From contig JBNZDD010013714.1 in NCBI GenBank assembly GCA_050575255.1, positions 4,805,600 to 4,869,599 on the forward strand: a stretch of 64,000 nt of DNA, written 5' to 3'. Numbering within the stretch: the stretch's first letter is position 1; each line of letters begins with the position of its first letter. A program made the position numbers and the translations under genes. A model generated the notes under the pieces. The model did no database searches and was not told where the DNA came from. It was given only the letters and a program-made list of their open reading frames with translations. Positions 1 through 14,299 of the stretch are shown in pieces. The DNA comes from Harriotta raleighana. Lineage: Eukaryota.

Positions 1-651
1 CTTTTATCTCTCTGCTTACAAATACCGTGAACAATGTCACCATGGACACAAAGTCACTATGTTCAAGTCAACCTCCATTACATCATTCTCATTTAAATAA
101 TTAAATTGTTAATCAGAAGGAAGGAGGCTTTATACACAGACACTATATTGTTATAATCATGACCTTCATTCCTCAGTTTCTAAAATAGATTTGGATCTAT
201 TGAAGAGCTTGACTGCATTCAAAAGATCACACATTATATAGATTAATGCTACAGCATATTCCAAACTTGTGCCCATGTTAAACAGACACTTATCAAATCC
301 TGTTGTATCCTAAATAAACAAAATAAAATATTTCCCACCTTTTATTATTGTAGTGATAGCGTTCTCCCTTTCAAGATCAATTTGCGATGTTTGAAATTAC
401 CAGCTTCTTTGCATGAAAAACATATTATTAAGGGGACATTCAAGCTTGAAATCTGCAGTGCCTTCCAATATGGTGATGTCCTGTCCCTTCAACAGAAATT
501 TTGTATTAAAAAGGTTAAATCACAATCAATTTATTTTTAATCAATCAAAGCACATCAAGTGATGAGCCCTCCATCTCTAGTAAATAGACCAGCACTACAT
601 CTTTTCTCCTAAAATTATATGTATAATTTTTTTATAATAATCCAAACAAAA

Positions 652-883
652 GGTAGAAATTTCACCTGAGTCTAGATTTGCTCTTTTAACATAGCATTTC
701 AGAGCATCCAGAATTTGGCAAATTCTTAACTACAGGTTTTAATTTTGAAATCGGTTTTCTGTAAATTCTTTTAAGAACCGCAGAAAATTGGCTTCAAAGT
801 TAAGACTGAATGCAATTTGACAAATGCTGGATGCTGAAATGTTACATTAATAGAGTAAATGTAAACCCAGGTGGAGTTTTACC
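652..883. repeat. Degenerate inverted repeat (old MITE-like)
   Basis: 652-724 aligns with the reverse complement of 814-883 (CATTTCAG..CATCCAG.ATTTG.CAAATT). Confidence 0.65.
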
Positions 884-1849
884 CACTGGTCTTTTGGGGG
901 TAATTTTGCATTTGATCCTCTGAAGCATTGCGTACTTTGTTTAATACATTCCAAATCTACATTGAATTAAATCTACAGTTTCCTTTCTTTTCTAACCAAG
1001 GAAAACTGAAGATTGAAAAGAAATAATATTATGATTATGTCCATTAAACCTTTAGCACATGCAAAGCAAAAACATAGTCTTCTTAAATTGTGCAAATGAT
1101 CTGACAGATATTGCATTTTTTGGAAAACTCCAGTTTATATACTTGCTTTAAAAAAAATTGAGTTTTAAAGATACACTCTTATTCCGGAGTTTATCTTTGT
1201 GAAAGAACGGCTTAACTGCCCTCTTTGCACCACTATACTTTATACTTGCAAACTGTAATTAGTGGTATTGAATTGCTATATATTTCGCTGATTCATCACC
1301 GCATATTGTAATTAGCAGAACCATTAAATTCTCAGAGTCACTACTTTGCTACCATAATAACTGCAGCCTGCAGCTTATTTCCATTTTCCGCGTCATTTTT
1401 ATAACTGTTCTTTTCCTTTTATATTGAGGATAGTTTGTGATACTGGCATGAGCAGTCTAATTCTCTCTTTGGATCTCTTTGTGTCTCATGAAATAAATAA
1501 AGTGTATTGGTAAAGAACACAGTATTTTTTAAATGGCCCAGCAGGAACTTTGTGTTCACTGCAAAAAGTGATGCAAGGAAGATTTCCGAACAGAGTGTTG
1601 AGAGAAGGTGCCTCCATACAGAACACACATGACCTGCACACATATGCACACAACCCAATTTTGATACCGTCCAATTCTTTGATTTTTGCTAAATTAAGTA
1701 TGACTTAGTTCAGGTTTTTAGCACTCAAGCTGTAAATAAGTATATTCTAGTGAATTCTGGGCTTTGGATTTGCGTTTATTGAGGTTGTTTTAAATATTTC
1801 TAATAATTGTTAAAAAACAGGTTAATTGTTTCCTTTAATTAGTTATATA

Positions 1850-2140
1850 GTTACATAGAGTGATCCAGCACGGAAATTTAGCTCAAGTGGTCTGTAACAC
1901 TGTGTATATGTCCCTGAAGCCCCCACTCCTCTTATTACCCCGCATCCATTTCTTCCTTCTCCCTTATTAAATTAGCTTCATCCACAGTTTCGATGGACAG
2001 TGAATTCCACATTCTCACCACTCTCTGTGTGAAGAACTTCTTAATAGATCTGCTACTGACTGTCTTATATTTATATCCTCTAGTTTTGGACTTCAGTCTT
2101 TCAACGTCCAGTCTATCAGATCCTCTTTCAATTTTCTCAA
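1850..2140 (-). mobile_element. CR1 LINE 3' fragment
   Basis: GAATTCCACATTCTCACCACTCTCTGTGTGAAGAA is the antisense of the CR1 FFTQRVVRMWNSL motif. Confidence 0.75.
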
Positions 2141-2739
2141 CTCTGGAGAGAAAAGTTAGTGTTCATTTTAATTGTAGCTGTTGGTTTTTATACTTGAGGT
2201 AAACAAGTGACCCCTGTCTGGTAGCAGTTGGCCACCAGGGGCTACCTCCGAGTTTGGTCATCCAGGCTTGACATGTTTTTACAAAGATTGACCCGATCAG
2301 ATCAATCTTTAGTCCAGGCCATTGACTGACTCTAAAAAAAACCAGCCTTTAGAGATTGAAGAATGTAATTGTTTGATACTCGTGTTGGTACATGTGCAAA
2401 CTATTAGAAAGTGCATGCTTCAGGTTTACATGAGAAATCTAGTCTCCTCAACCGATGGTGGGTAATGAAGTTAAACTGTACTTTAAGCTCTTCTGTGCAG
2501 GCCTGGATTTCCCTTTGAGGCTTACTTGAATTTTAACAGGTTGGCTTGAACATCCTGTGTAATGATAAACAAACATCATAAATAAATCCTTACATTTGAT
2601 ATTAATGCCAAAAGGGCTCAAACCACTTTGCTCGGAACTGTCAAGTGTACTGAATGTATTTGAGGGGCAAATGAGACAGCCAATTTGCACACAGCTAGGA
2701 CCCATAGACAGCTGCGAAGTAGGCAAACGCTCTAGGAGA

Positions 2740-2825
2740 TGCCCTCATCTCTTTTCAAATAGTGTTTTGGGGTCTCTAACATCCAACTGAAGAAAACACA
2801 GATAGGACCTCGGTTTAACATCTTA
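2740..2825 (-). mobile_element. DeuSINE central-domain fragment
   Basis: CTTTTCAAATAGTG...AACATCCA...GGACCTCGGTTTAACATCT, similar to 5410 and 55650. Confidence 0.55.
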
Positions 2826-4121
2826 TTAGATATGCCTTAATACAAGCTAATGTGACAAAATATATATTCTGTTTTTGATATTAGACTGGTGATATTATCC
2901 TTCTCTTAGGTATATCAAAAAATATTAATCAGTACTGGTAATCTCAGGAAATTTAGGAATAAATAATGTAGTCTCAATAAAATATTAATAAGTACGTAAA
3001 TCCCTAAACTAACAGCACATTTTAAAAATTCTGATAGCTTGTGATTTGCTCAAATCTAGTTTTTCAAATGTTAAAATCTTGAATTGAAGACAATACTAAC
3101 AAAGTAATGTAGCTTTTTTTATATGAAATACTTCACTGGATGAGTTCATGCATTGAAAAGGTAACACTAGGGACAAGGGCTGAAATGCAATACAGCATAT
3201 TGTAACCATGAAGTGCAATTATAAATAGTGTGTTTATCTGATAATGCAATTGATGGGAAAGACACCATTTTGTGATCTTAAACAACCAAAGAATACCATT
3301 TCAACAAAAGTTAAACTAAGGAAGACTGTGGCATTCTCTCAGTTTATAAATAGTAATACATCAAAATGGTAACTTTATTACTTACCAGAACGATGTTAGA
3401 AATGTAAGGTTATATTAATGACCATGGTGCAGCAATGCACAAGCTGTCTGCAATAAGAGCTCCTGTCCTAATTTAAGTACAAAGTATTAGTTCTTGCTGA
3501 AGTACAGAATCTTGTGTTCATGTACTACAGTACAGCCGATCAAAGCAGATTTCTATGGGAAAATAATTAAGCAAGTTATAAATAATTATATAATTTGGTA
3601 TAGTTTTCTTCACAACATTCAGACACCTCAAAGCGATTCACAGGATTCACTGCAAAACACAGTGACCTATGTATTTTGCAGGCAAGCATAAAACTAGAAA
3701 GGTTTCCATCCATACAACAGAGTTGGCTTCTGCCGAAATTTGTTGAGGTACATCATCATGACACTAACACGATAGGCCAAATGGCTCGCTTCTGTGCAGA
3801 AAATGTCTGTTTCTATATCACTTATCTTAAAAGCAAAATAAAGCATAGATCAAAGCGGGTATTCCAGAAATGCGCACTTCTTGTACAAAGTTGCTGGTAC
3901 TTCATGTAGATCGGACTGCATGAGTAAACTCACATTCAACACAAAACAAACCACTTATTCCATGCTTGCACTAAAGAAACCTAGCACTTCAAAGGTGCAC
4001 TTCTGAAAAGAAAGAACAAATATTTTTTTTACTTGGAGCAGCAACAGCAGCAAGGGATGGCAAAAAACACCTCGTGAATATTGGAAGAAGCTTAATCTTC
4101 AGTGATGCATGTTTATCATCG

Positions 4122-4238
4122 TAATAATAATAACATCCTTGCATTTGATATAGCACCGTATCACAAGGAGGTCTCAATGCGATTCGCAGATTATACTATA
4201 AAGTGGAATGACTGCATATTTTGTGGGAAAAACAAATG
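4122..4238 (-). mobile_element. SINE 3' tail fragment
   Basis: ATCCTTGCATTTGATATAGC...TTTTGTGGG, as in the other copies. Confidence 0.75.
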
Positions 4239-4514
4239 CTCACCTAGTGCATTTTGATTAAAGAAAACTTATTCAGATTAATTGACAGGTAATTGGTTTG
4301 CAAATTTTTATTCTGCTCTTTATATTCCATCTCCTGATGTGAGATTGGTGCTACAAGACACTGTTCTTATTCCAGTATCTTAAATCTGCACATCAGTTAA
4401 TTGTTAGACACATTACTTGTTATTGTATTCGCTTAAGATGAGTATGGCTTACATGAACCATAATCATAACTATGAATTGGTTTGATAGCCCAAATTGTAA
4501 CACATTGTACAGTA

Positions 4515-4818
4515 TAATAATAATCCTTGCATTTGTTATAGCATGTTTCCTGTATTCTAGACGTCTCAAAGTGCTTCACAAAATATACTGTAATGTGAAT
4601 TAACTGTATAGTTGTGGGCAAAATGGGGCAGCCAATAGCACATAATAGTGTCCCACAAATAGTCGTCCATTGAAATGACCAATTCTTTTTCTTTAGGGAT
4701 TATTATCAGGCATGTATGGAGTAAGAAAACTTGCCCAAGGTTTTGTCCTGCCATGAATTGAACCCAGGTCTGTCGCTTGCAAGGCAAGTGCTCTAACCAC
4801 TGAACTACAAGACTCCAC
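4515..4818 (-). mobile_element. Full-length tRNA-derived SINE with Deu-type 3' part
   Basis: tRNA head with A/B boxes (AGTGGTTAGAGC...GGTTCAATTC), core TGTGGGACACT...ATTGGCTGCC, tail AAATGCAAGGATTATTATTAT. Same family as 39910 and 42993. Confidence 0.9.
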
Positions 4819-5409
4819 ATTACTTTATACAGTATATGCAAGCCATAGCATTATGACATAAATTCCAATGATCGGAAATAATTCTATGATATTTTTACTA
4901 CCTCCAAACTTTTTTTATACTTTCTACAATAAGGAATTTGTAAACCTTAATACTTTTACATGAAACATAAGAGATGTTTCTGTGAACAATTTGAAAACGG
5001 TCTCCAGTTACATTATTTATGATGTGTGATATGACACCTCCCTATTGTGACTCTTCAGTTCAATGAGGTTTGGCACAGAGAAGCTTTCATAGTCACAACT
5101 GAACCATAATGAACTGGATGGGAATTATGCCTTGGTTAAAGGTGCAATCCATTTAATACTTTGCTATCTATGTATTAACACCCCTCCCAAAAGTTGACAC
5201 TGATACTTTGGAACCTGAGTCAATGAAATACCTGCATTATTCTTTTTATACACACTGAAATCATATATTTATACTGATTGCAAATTAAAGAGTGAGATGG
5301 ATGATGGTAGGTGATTTGTTTCTTTGAGTTATGGGGTGAACTCAATACAGAAGGCATTTCAATTTCTATCATTCCGAAAGTTGACAACCCACTTAGCTGA
5401 ACATTTTGT

Positions 5410-5555
5410 GCACCAGGAGAAACTTTATCTTTTTGAGTAATGCCGTGGGATCTTTAACATCCACAAGCATTTGGGGCCTCGATTTAAAGTCTCATCCGAA
5501 GAACAGAACCTCCAACAATGCCACTCACTCCCAGGACTGCACTGAGTGCCAGGCT
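5410..5555 (-). mobile_element. DeuSINE central-domain fragment
   Basis: TGCCGTGGGATCTTTAACATCCAC...GGGGCCTCGATTTAAAGTCTCATCCGAAG. Confidence 0.7.
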
Positions 5556-7464
5556 GGAGGAAAACAAAGGCAGAATGTGGGGATTGAATCTGCAACCGCC
5601 CTCACCCATATTTTCATACTGGACAGCAATCATTTTTAATTAGGATTAAAGTTTACAAAATGCAGCATGGAATGCCCCTTAAATTCCTGTGGCTACGTGC
5701 ACCTATTCCGTTCTGTCGCACTGACAAACCTGCTGAGAGAAGCAAATGAAAGGTAAAACGATATTTAAATATTCAAGCTGCAGTTTCAGCAAATCGGATC
5801 TCTCTGCTGAACGGGATCCACATTTTGTGTTCCAACGCAGCTGTTAAAACACTCCACATTCACTCTATATTGGGTGTCAATGCAAAATTTAGGTGGTGAT
5901 GGGACATGTCAAGTTCAGTTTAGCTTCAGAGAATTTCAACACATTACAGTATTTGTACTGAAGTCAGATTGCATTTATGCTCTGACACTCCAATGTAATT
6001 TGATACAATTCTGCACATCTGCAAAATGACTCCATATACCTGTAATGTCTTTTTTTTAGGGTGAGAAGCTGCAGACAGAATAGAACTCAATCACAGTTTC
6101 CATAGTGAATGAGATGCTGGCATAAACCTTTTGTCAGTTTTAACTCTTTATTGCAGAAGTTCTCGATAGCATTTGGTACCGTATAACATTTATCATCTTT
6201 GTGCAGTTATGAAGAGGAATCAGAAGGAGGCATATCTTTATTAATAGTACTCGTTGAATAAAGCGAGTATCACAGATATGCTGCTGAAGGCAATATTGCG
6301 CTCATTCATTCATATGCAAATGCAACACTTTTCATATTCTTTGCAATAAAGGCACACTCATTTGAAATGCTTGTAGTATTGCTTATCCACTCATAGCTTA
6401 ATCATCTGCAATAGACATCCCCCACTACCACATGCTTAGGCACAATTAATGTTTTATGACAGACTGCATCCTTCCTGTTTAGCCTCTATGGGCTCTTTTA
6501 TAAAATAGGACTATCCACCAGAGACTGGTTTAACGTGCAAAGCTTATTAGAAAATGCAATTCAGTTTTCTTTACAATTTTTTTTACACACACACAGTTTA
6601 AATATTTTTCCTTAGCAACTGCCTGGGATGGAAGCAATGTAGCCTAGGACTCCTCTGCGCTAGCTCATCTCATAACATTGTTCTGCATTTTCAAAAAAAT
6701 GTTTATGACAACTACAGCTTTGTATTATAGCAACTTGGGTGCTGTGCAATAGTGTAGGAGACAATGAAGAATGAGCAAGTTACAATACATAAATGTCACA
6801 AACGTGATATTTTACTATCATGATCTTTTAATGCCTTGCATACCTATTGGCATGCCTGTATTTTCTCTTAAACTGAACTGTACTCATCTGAAAACTGAGA
6901 ATATTCAGTAGTTATATTTTATTATTTAAACAGGGTGATAGAATAGCTTGTTACATAACATAGCTACAACAACAACAAAATTACATTTGTATAACGCCGT
7001 TCATGTTGGGAGTACTACTGCTGCTCGCTCAGAAAAACAGAAACTGATATAAGATATTTAGCCTTACTCGGTTGGTACCACAGAGACTGTGGATTTCAGC
7101 AGGAATCCAGCTCATGCAGCCTAGGTTTACATTATGTTATTGCTATATTTTGAGATGAAGTGAAAATGCTTATTATTTGAAAGCTTATTTAAAATACTGT
7201 ACGACCAATTTTGAAAGTAACAATCTCATTTTTTATTATTCAATATCTGAAAGCAATATTTAAAAAAAGCCTCATATAAAGGATGAGGAAATGTAACTTG
7301 TTTTAAACCTAAACTAAGATAATTAGTTTAAGATTTCTGCATTGCAGGGAGAAAACCAAACTTTTTTTTATTTGATTGGAAGAATTGTTCTTGAATACCA
7401 GATCTGTACCTGCTGGTGGAATTTGTATCATTATTAACTTCATTTTGCAGCCTAATATCATGGA

Positions 7465-7585
7465 GACCCGTAGTGTGTTGGTTAGAATGGAAGGATCTGG
7501 GTTCAATCCCGGGCAGGGTGAATGAAACCTTTGTGTTTTCTTACTCCACATGCCTGTTTACCTAGCAGTAAGTGGGAACCCAGAT
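7465..7585 (+). mobile_element. tRNA-SINE 5' part (related subfamily)
   Basis: TGGTTAGA..GGGTTCAATCCC..GAAACCTT..TTACTCCACATGCCTGTTTACCTAGCAGTAAG. The 3' part recurs inverted at about 58922-58954. Confidence 0.65.
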
Positions 7586-7597
7586 TATTTTTAATAA

Positions 7598-7750
7598 CAA
7601 AGTTAATAATTGTAATAATAAAATGACAAAGAATAATCTATACTGGCATTCTGTTCAAAGCAAGGAGTATTGTGAATTAGACAGAAGCTTTGAACAGGAT
7701 GCTAGTATGGATTATTCTTTGTCATTTTATTGTTACAATTATTAACTTTG
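7598..7750. repeat. 64-bp inverted repeat with 25-nt spacer
   Basis: 7598-7661 versus 7687-7750, 4 mismatches. Confidence 0.92.
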
Positions 7751-7974
7751 CAGACCCTAAAGAACAAATAGTAAATTTGACAGTTTTTGGTTTCAATCTA
7801 ATTGGTTATCTACTACAAAGTTATGTTGGCTTTTAAAGGGAAATCACAAATCTACCTTACAGCAGACTGAAAACAAAGTGAGAGCTGATGGAATTGGAAG
7901 AAAAGGCATGAACTGAATTAAAAACTAGCGTGACAATAAGAAACTGAGAGTAATTATAAAAAGGGAGAGAAGAG

Positions 7975-8290
7975 ATCTCTGGGGAACAGTCATGGACCAA
8001 TACTTTTCTCAATCTGCATAAATGATCTAGATGAGGGGATCAAAAGCAGAATTGTAAAATGTTCTGATGGTGCAACATTGTGTGGGATAGCAACACATAT
8101 GACAGAGGCAGCTAGTCTTCAAAGGGTTCTCAAGGGACTCAGTATTTGGGATAATGATTATCAAATGCTGTTTAAAGGGAATAAATGTAAAGTAATGCAT
8201 ATACATGTGAAAAATATTAACTTTAATTACAGGATGGAGTTGGAAGAAGATTTGAGATCAGTTGCAGATGAATGTTTAAAAGTGGCTCAG
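7975..8290 (+). mobile_element. CR1 LINE reverse transcriptase fragment, degenerate
   Basis: Translates to ..GPILFSICINDLDEGIKSRIVKCSDGATLCG..LQ..W...QMLF..NKCKVMH (decayed FADD motif). Confidence 0.8.
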
Positions 8291-10151
8291 AAGTGTGGAA
8301 TACTCACACATTACATTTGTTATCAATTAACATAGTCCTGGCTTTTTATCTATTTGTAAAATATCTTTTCATAAAAGATATCAGCAGTAAGATCAGTAGA
8401 TTTCTGTGGGTTTCAAATAAGTTGCGCAATAAACTTTATTTAAAAGTAAAAATGAACTTGAAACTCAACTCAGGCTAAAGATTGGAAATTGTTGATTGTG
8501 AATTTGACTCGTTGTTTTCAACATAATTAAACTTCAAATTTTTTTAACATTTGTGTAACCCTTTGGTAGCTGATTGAAGGAGGAAGGGCGGTTGCAGCTG
8601 TTGTGATATCTTAGTCGTGGCAGACACGTGCATCAGTGTTTTTATTAGAATCTCTGCCTAGTTTGATCTCAGGCATCGGCTGCCTTGCTTTGATTTCGGC
8701 TGCATCGTCTTAAGTGTTTCTGCACTGACTGTGTTGATCTTATCTAAGTCCCCAGTAATATGTTTCTTCAGTTGGATCATGAATTGAACATTGAGCACAG
8801 TTCTGTAGTTACAACATGGGTTGATTTCTATTTCCCACGATAATTGGGAGAGTCTCATTGAAAGAGTCAAAAACGTGTGACAAGGGACCAGTTAACTTGA
8901 CTCAATGGAGGAACCTTCCCAAACCACACACAGTAATATCTGATGCTGTTTCTTATAACTCAAATTGAAACAGATTTTTTTTATTTTCTTTCCCCTTTCC
9001 TCCAACCCCCCTCCTCCCCCATGACTCTTGATGGAATACAGGCCCACAGGCATTGGAAGCTCACTGATACCTTGCTTAAGTAGCCATTCTTCAAGTATAA
9101 GCTGACCAGTGAGTGTTGAAAGGCTGCTCTATCCACAGGGTTCCTTCATTTGTTTGATCATTATCTATCACGAGTTCAAACATTGGACTTTTATCAAAAG
9201 ACCTTTCTAAGTTATTCTTATTTTATTCGTTTTACCAAGAAAGTGGTTTAAAAGATCGTAAGTCAAACAAGTTTGACTGATATTTATCCACTGTGTAAGC
9301 GATAAATAGCCAAACTAATTTGACTAATAATAATCCTTACATTTGATACAACTCCTTATCACGTCTCAAAGCACTGTGTAATGTATGTTATAGGCAGAAC
9401 CCTCAATTCAGGAGATGTTGACAATCTTGCCAGACCTCTGGTTTATTTTACTGCACCAATTAACACCACACAGATCAGTTTTTTCTTTTGCAAACAGTCC
9501 CCTCTTACTTTAAACTCAACTAATGCCTATTTTTAAACTTACTGACAGCACTGAAAGCAGGCATCAGCGTTGGTAAGCTGACCTAAGAGCTGGAGATTGG
9601 AGAAATAGAGTTAGGAAATAGATGTGTTCAGAGTCAGAAGGTTGTGGAGATAAGAGTTCTGAGATGGGGTGGAGGGGAATAGAAGGCAGATTGCAGGGAT
9701 AGAGCAAGGAAATAGGTGAGTGGAAGTATCAGAAGATGATGGCTATAGAGGCAGAATGTGGTGAAGGTCACAGTACAGAGCTGGACAGCGGGACCTGGAA
9801 TCTCAAAGAGGACTGGATTAAGACGTTTCTAACAATATCAAAACAGAAATAAATGGGCAAGGGGAGAAACAATGATGGTGGGGAATGAGAGAGAGGCGAT
9901 AAAGAAAGGGAAATGGAAAAGAAAGACAAATGAAAAATAATTTTACATAACACATTTGTATTGCACATAGGGTTAGCGTACCTGGATTTTTTGCTCTTGG
10001 CAGATAATAATGAACTTCCGCTGCAGATAAATCAATTTCTGCCCATTTCTCAGATTCCCTCATCAAGTGGCATATCCAGTTGTGATCTGGTGACCGTATT
10101 TTTCTGGCTCTTGATCAAATTAAGGGTAGAGCAAGTCCTGGTGCAATGTAA

Positions 10152-10585
10152 TGGTGGCTCCCCGTGATTCAGAGGATTCAATTCAAGATCCTGGACCTCA
10201 GTTTTAAACCCTCCATGGCCTTCGCCCACCCTAAATTGCTCTGCAACTTCCTAATCCCCTATCAACCTGTCCGCTCCCTCTGCTCAGTGGGCTCTGGCCT
10301 GCTCCATTGCCCCCAACCCACCCATCCCACCATCGGCGAGCGAGCTTTCAGCCATTCTACCCCCAACCTCTGGAATTTCAATACCTCCACGTCGGCCCTT
10401 TGCTAGCCTCCTTCAAGTTATATCTCAAGACCCTCCTCTGCAATGGTTCTATTGGTCACCCCCATTTCCCCTCGCTTCCCTCCACCCTCCCAGATCCCTA
10501 CCTCAGTTCGGGTCTGCATCACTCACTGTCCAGCGCCTTGGGATGTGAAAGGCGGTATACAAATGTAATATCGTTGTTGTTTGTT
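10152..10585 (+). mobile_element. L2-clade LINE 3' end
   Basis: Degenerate ORF2 C-terminus (WLPVIQRIQFKIL...GERAFS..P.LWN...SFKLYLKT.L) followed by a 3' UTR and AGCGCCTTGGGATGTGAAAGGCG tail. Confidence 0.85.
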
Positions 10586-12775
10586 GTGACCAAGTGAAGT
10601 TAACAGTGAGTTCCTTTCGTGAGCACTTTCCTTCCTTGATGTCAGTATGTATGGCCAATGATTGGTTAAAAAGCAACTGGTGAAAAATCATAAACAATTG
10701 AACTACATTTCCATAATACTGTACTTGTGTCTAGCAATAAAAAAAGTCGACTTGCATGTAATAACCTTGATATTTTTCATTCAGTCAATCAAAAAATTAT
10801 GATGGTTAGAACATGCATTATTATTTTTCTGCCTTTAAATATAGCAGAGAAATTTAATCCATGGCACATTTTAAACAGTTTTATTTTTAGGCCAGGAAAG
10901 TCAATAAAATCTCAAAATCTATCAATAAAATGCAAGAAAGAAGCACATTGTGGAACAAGTGCAGGCACAGAAATATCCTTTTTAAAACAAAAGGCTTCAG
11001 AGCAGAAATGAAAACTGCATTTGGTGTCCTCGTGAACGACTTTTTCAAGGTCGAATGTTCCACCTCTTGATCAATACGGAGCTACTTACAAATCATATGC
11101 ATTGATCACTGTAATCATCCAAAGGAATGTAGGGCAGTCACTAAAACCACATGCACTTAGTCTTAATTGCCCACTTTAAAGCAATTATGTCTGCAAACTA
11201 TTGCTGTCTAACATTATGCTTATTATTAATACCATCTCTTTACTTATATTGATATAAACTGTATTTACTGGAAATCAATCAAACCCTGCTCTCTACCACA
11301 TGTTCATGCGGTTGATGTTCAGAAATATTATTGCAGTAATAGCAAAAATGTCATCTTCCTCTGAATGTCAAAATTTCTGTCAGTAGCATCAAATGTATCA
11401 AATGATTTAACTGATAACACACAAGAATTTAAAGAATTGCTGATTTGTTTAGTGGTAATGGAATTATAATTTTTATTGAACAGTCTATAAAAACAGCTAC
11501 AATTTTAGGAATTGCTCGGTAAGATTTGGTCAGTATTCCTTTCCATAAGAATCTCCTGAAGCGTGTTCTAGTTGCTTTGATAGGTGAGGATTTTGTGTTT
11601 ATCAAAATAAGTGGTATCGCTGTATCAGAGAATTGAACATCTTTTCACTCTCTGCATCCAGTGTAAGCACTGAGTATTGTCGGGTCAGAGGTACCATGGG
11701 TTAGGAGCAAAGAGAAACTCCCTCCGCTCTGTCCTTATAAAACAACTTAACCCCAATCTCAGAAGATCACCCTTAACTGCACCAGTGCATTTTTTTCCAC
11801 TTCCCACACTAACCATCCTTAAAGACTGTCTAAGAAAGATTACCAACTTAGTGTCAATTGGTGCTGAATTATGGACAGTTTTGCACTGCAGACTTGTACT
11901 CACTGGGAATTGATTGATGCTGGACGAACTCATTCACTCAGAACTGTTAGAGAATATAAAGTCTTCTGCATTATCAGTCCCAGCTGCACTTAAACCTAAG
12001 TTTAAGAGTTAAAAGGACAGTGTTTTAAACCATTGGGTTACCCAATCTCCTAATATATGCTTATCACATAACTTGCTTTGATACAAATACTGCATGTTAC
12101 AAAGATATAGAGTTTATAAGGGTATGGCTTATGTTAAGTGCTCGTGAGCCGAGGAGTTACATGCACCTTATGAGATCTAAAGAGTCAGTTTCTCTTTTTT
12201 CAAGTGACACAAAGTACAAATCAAACTGTTTAAAATTGTAGGTAAGAGCTTGATTTGAATCCAAATCAACAAAATGCTACAATGACAATGTTACATGCTT
12301 TCTTTACTACAGAGCTCATAAAATACTAACATCTTGTTGTGCAAAATGTAGTGCACAGTCACTACATTTTAAAGTGAATCCCATCAAGTGCTTTGTGATG
12401 TTGTGGTGTGCACAGTGCTAAATGAAATGCAAGGGGTACTAAATATTATTAAATTGATGGACTGCAAGAATCTTAGAAATAATGAGAGTAAATCTCAAGC
12501 AGTTTATTAACCTCATTTTGTCCTCACAGTATATTAATGCCTTAGAACATCCCTATGTGTATTTTCTAAAACATCTGAAAATGTAGTGATTTTGTACCAT
12601 TATTCAGGGGTAGGGGTAGGGGTGAAGAATGCTGCCGATCTATGATAGCTGGGTCTGTGATCCAATCATATGATTTGGATAGAAATAATATAGGAAGTGA
12701 TTAGACAAACAAAGCTATTGGAATTAAAACATTTCTGGCCAACATAGGAGAATATCATTGCTCCATACCTTAGAC

Positions 12776-12993
12776 CAGACTGGTCCAACTGGCGACCCAT
12801 AGGCCGGAAGCGGCCCTATTTTATCCAAACGCTCCTTCCTTCCATTTTATCTGGCCCACCTGCTCCCTCCATAACCCATAAATATTATATTACGTTTCTG
12901 GAAGGGAAACACAAAAATATTCTTTATGCAGCCTGCGGACATTTCTCAAATAGGGCATCTGGCCTTCAGCAGCCAAAACGTTGGACCACCCTG
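12776..12993. mobile_element. hAT-type MITE
   Basis: TIRs CAGACTGGTCCAAC / GTTGGACCACCCTG (12/14 match) flanked by 8-bp TSD CCTTAGAC / CCATAGAC. Confidence 0.8.
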
Positions 12994-13785
12994 CCATAGA
13001 CTACTCATTGTATCATGTTCAAAACTACATTGTGCAATGTTTATTACACAAAATTCTCAAATTTTCATGTGACTGAGGTTTTGTGTAGAAACCCAATTTT
13101 TAGCATGCTTTATATTTCAAGCGCAATACTGTATTCTAAAAACAGTTTGGGTTTGTCAGTGAAATTTTATCAATTGCTAACCTTGCAAAAATGAAAATGC
13201 TGGATCAACAACGATTCTCAGAAGATAAATTTGAATTTTATTTTGTTGATGCGTTTAATGTAACTTCTGTTTTTACTTTAGTCAGTTTTTTTAAAGTGTA
13301 TTGCTTCGCCTCTCATTTTTATTTGAAACCTCAAAACCTTTCATGTCTTTTTTGCTTGTGCCTTATCCTGTTACTTCTTCATTTTATCACTTCAATGGTC
13401 AAGGAGACTGAAAGCCCAAAACTGAGCAGCTCCTCCCTACAGCAACTTTCCTCACATTTCCCATTTAACTTTCTATCAAATCGGCCTTTGTTTCACCAGT
13501 CCCTCGTGTTACCTGTGTTACATCTGGAAGTTTAACAGGTCATATGAGGTCAGAAAGAATTAGAAAGAGATCATATTGGAATTGTTGTTGAATTGATATT
13601 TTAGCATCTTTGCATAGACCAACAGCACCATTTATAATTGCCTCAAATATCACAGGGTATTAAACCACTGATACCAGACACTGTTCTAATTTTTAAACCT
13701 TCTACTTCTCAGTGACTAATTATGTTCTACATTTTCATTCTTTCTACCTGAATCTCAAAAAAAGTAGTAACAATAATAAATAATA

Positions 13786-13952
13786 ATTTGATCACTCAAT
13801 CCATGTGTGTTTGTGGGACACTGCTGTGTGCAAATGGCTGCTGTGTTTTGCCCACAAGAATGTACAGTGAATTCATTTTACAGTATATTCTGTGAAGTAC
13901 TTTGAGACATCTTGACAATGTGACAAGGCGCTATATCAAAATGCAAGAATTA
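13786..13952 (+). mobile_element. 3' half of the same SINE
   Basis: TGTGGGACACTGCTGTGTGCAAATGGCTGC core and tail. Confidence 0.85.
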
Positions 13953-14299
13953 TATAGCTTATAATATATAAATTGGTTTTCGTCCAAATATTTTCAATTT
14001 AAAAAATCTTTTTCCTTTCTTTAGATTATTTTTTATCGCTATCTTATGTTCTTCTTTCCAATGTTCTTCTACCCTTTCTTTGTCTTTTCCTGATTTTTTC
14101 TCATCCACTTTCATTCTCCTCATTTCTTATTGTTTTTCATTTCTTCGTATCTACCAGTTCCATTACTTACTTTCTGCAATCACATTGATGGTCCAGTTCA
14201 GCTGGGGTCTGATTCCAATCTTTGCTCAGTGGATGCAGTAACAGCTTGTCTCATGTTCTTTTAACTGACATTAGGTTCCAATCTGACTGGACTGGCAGA

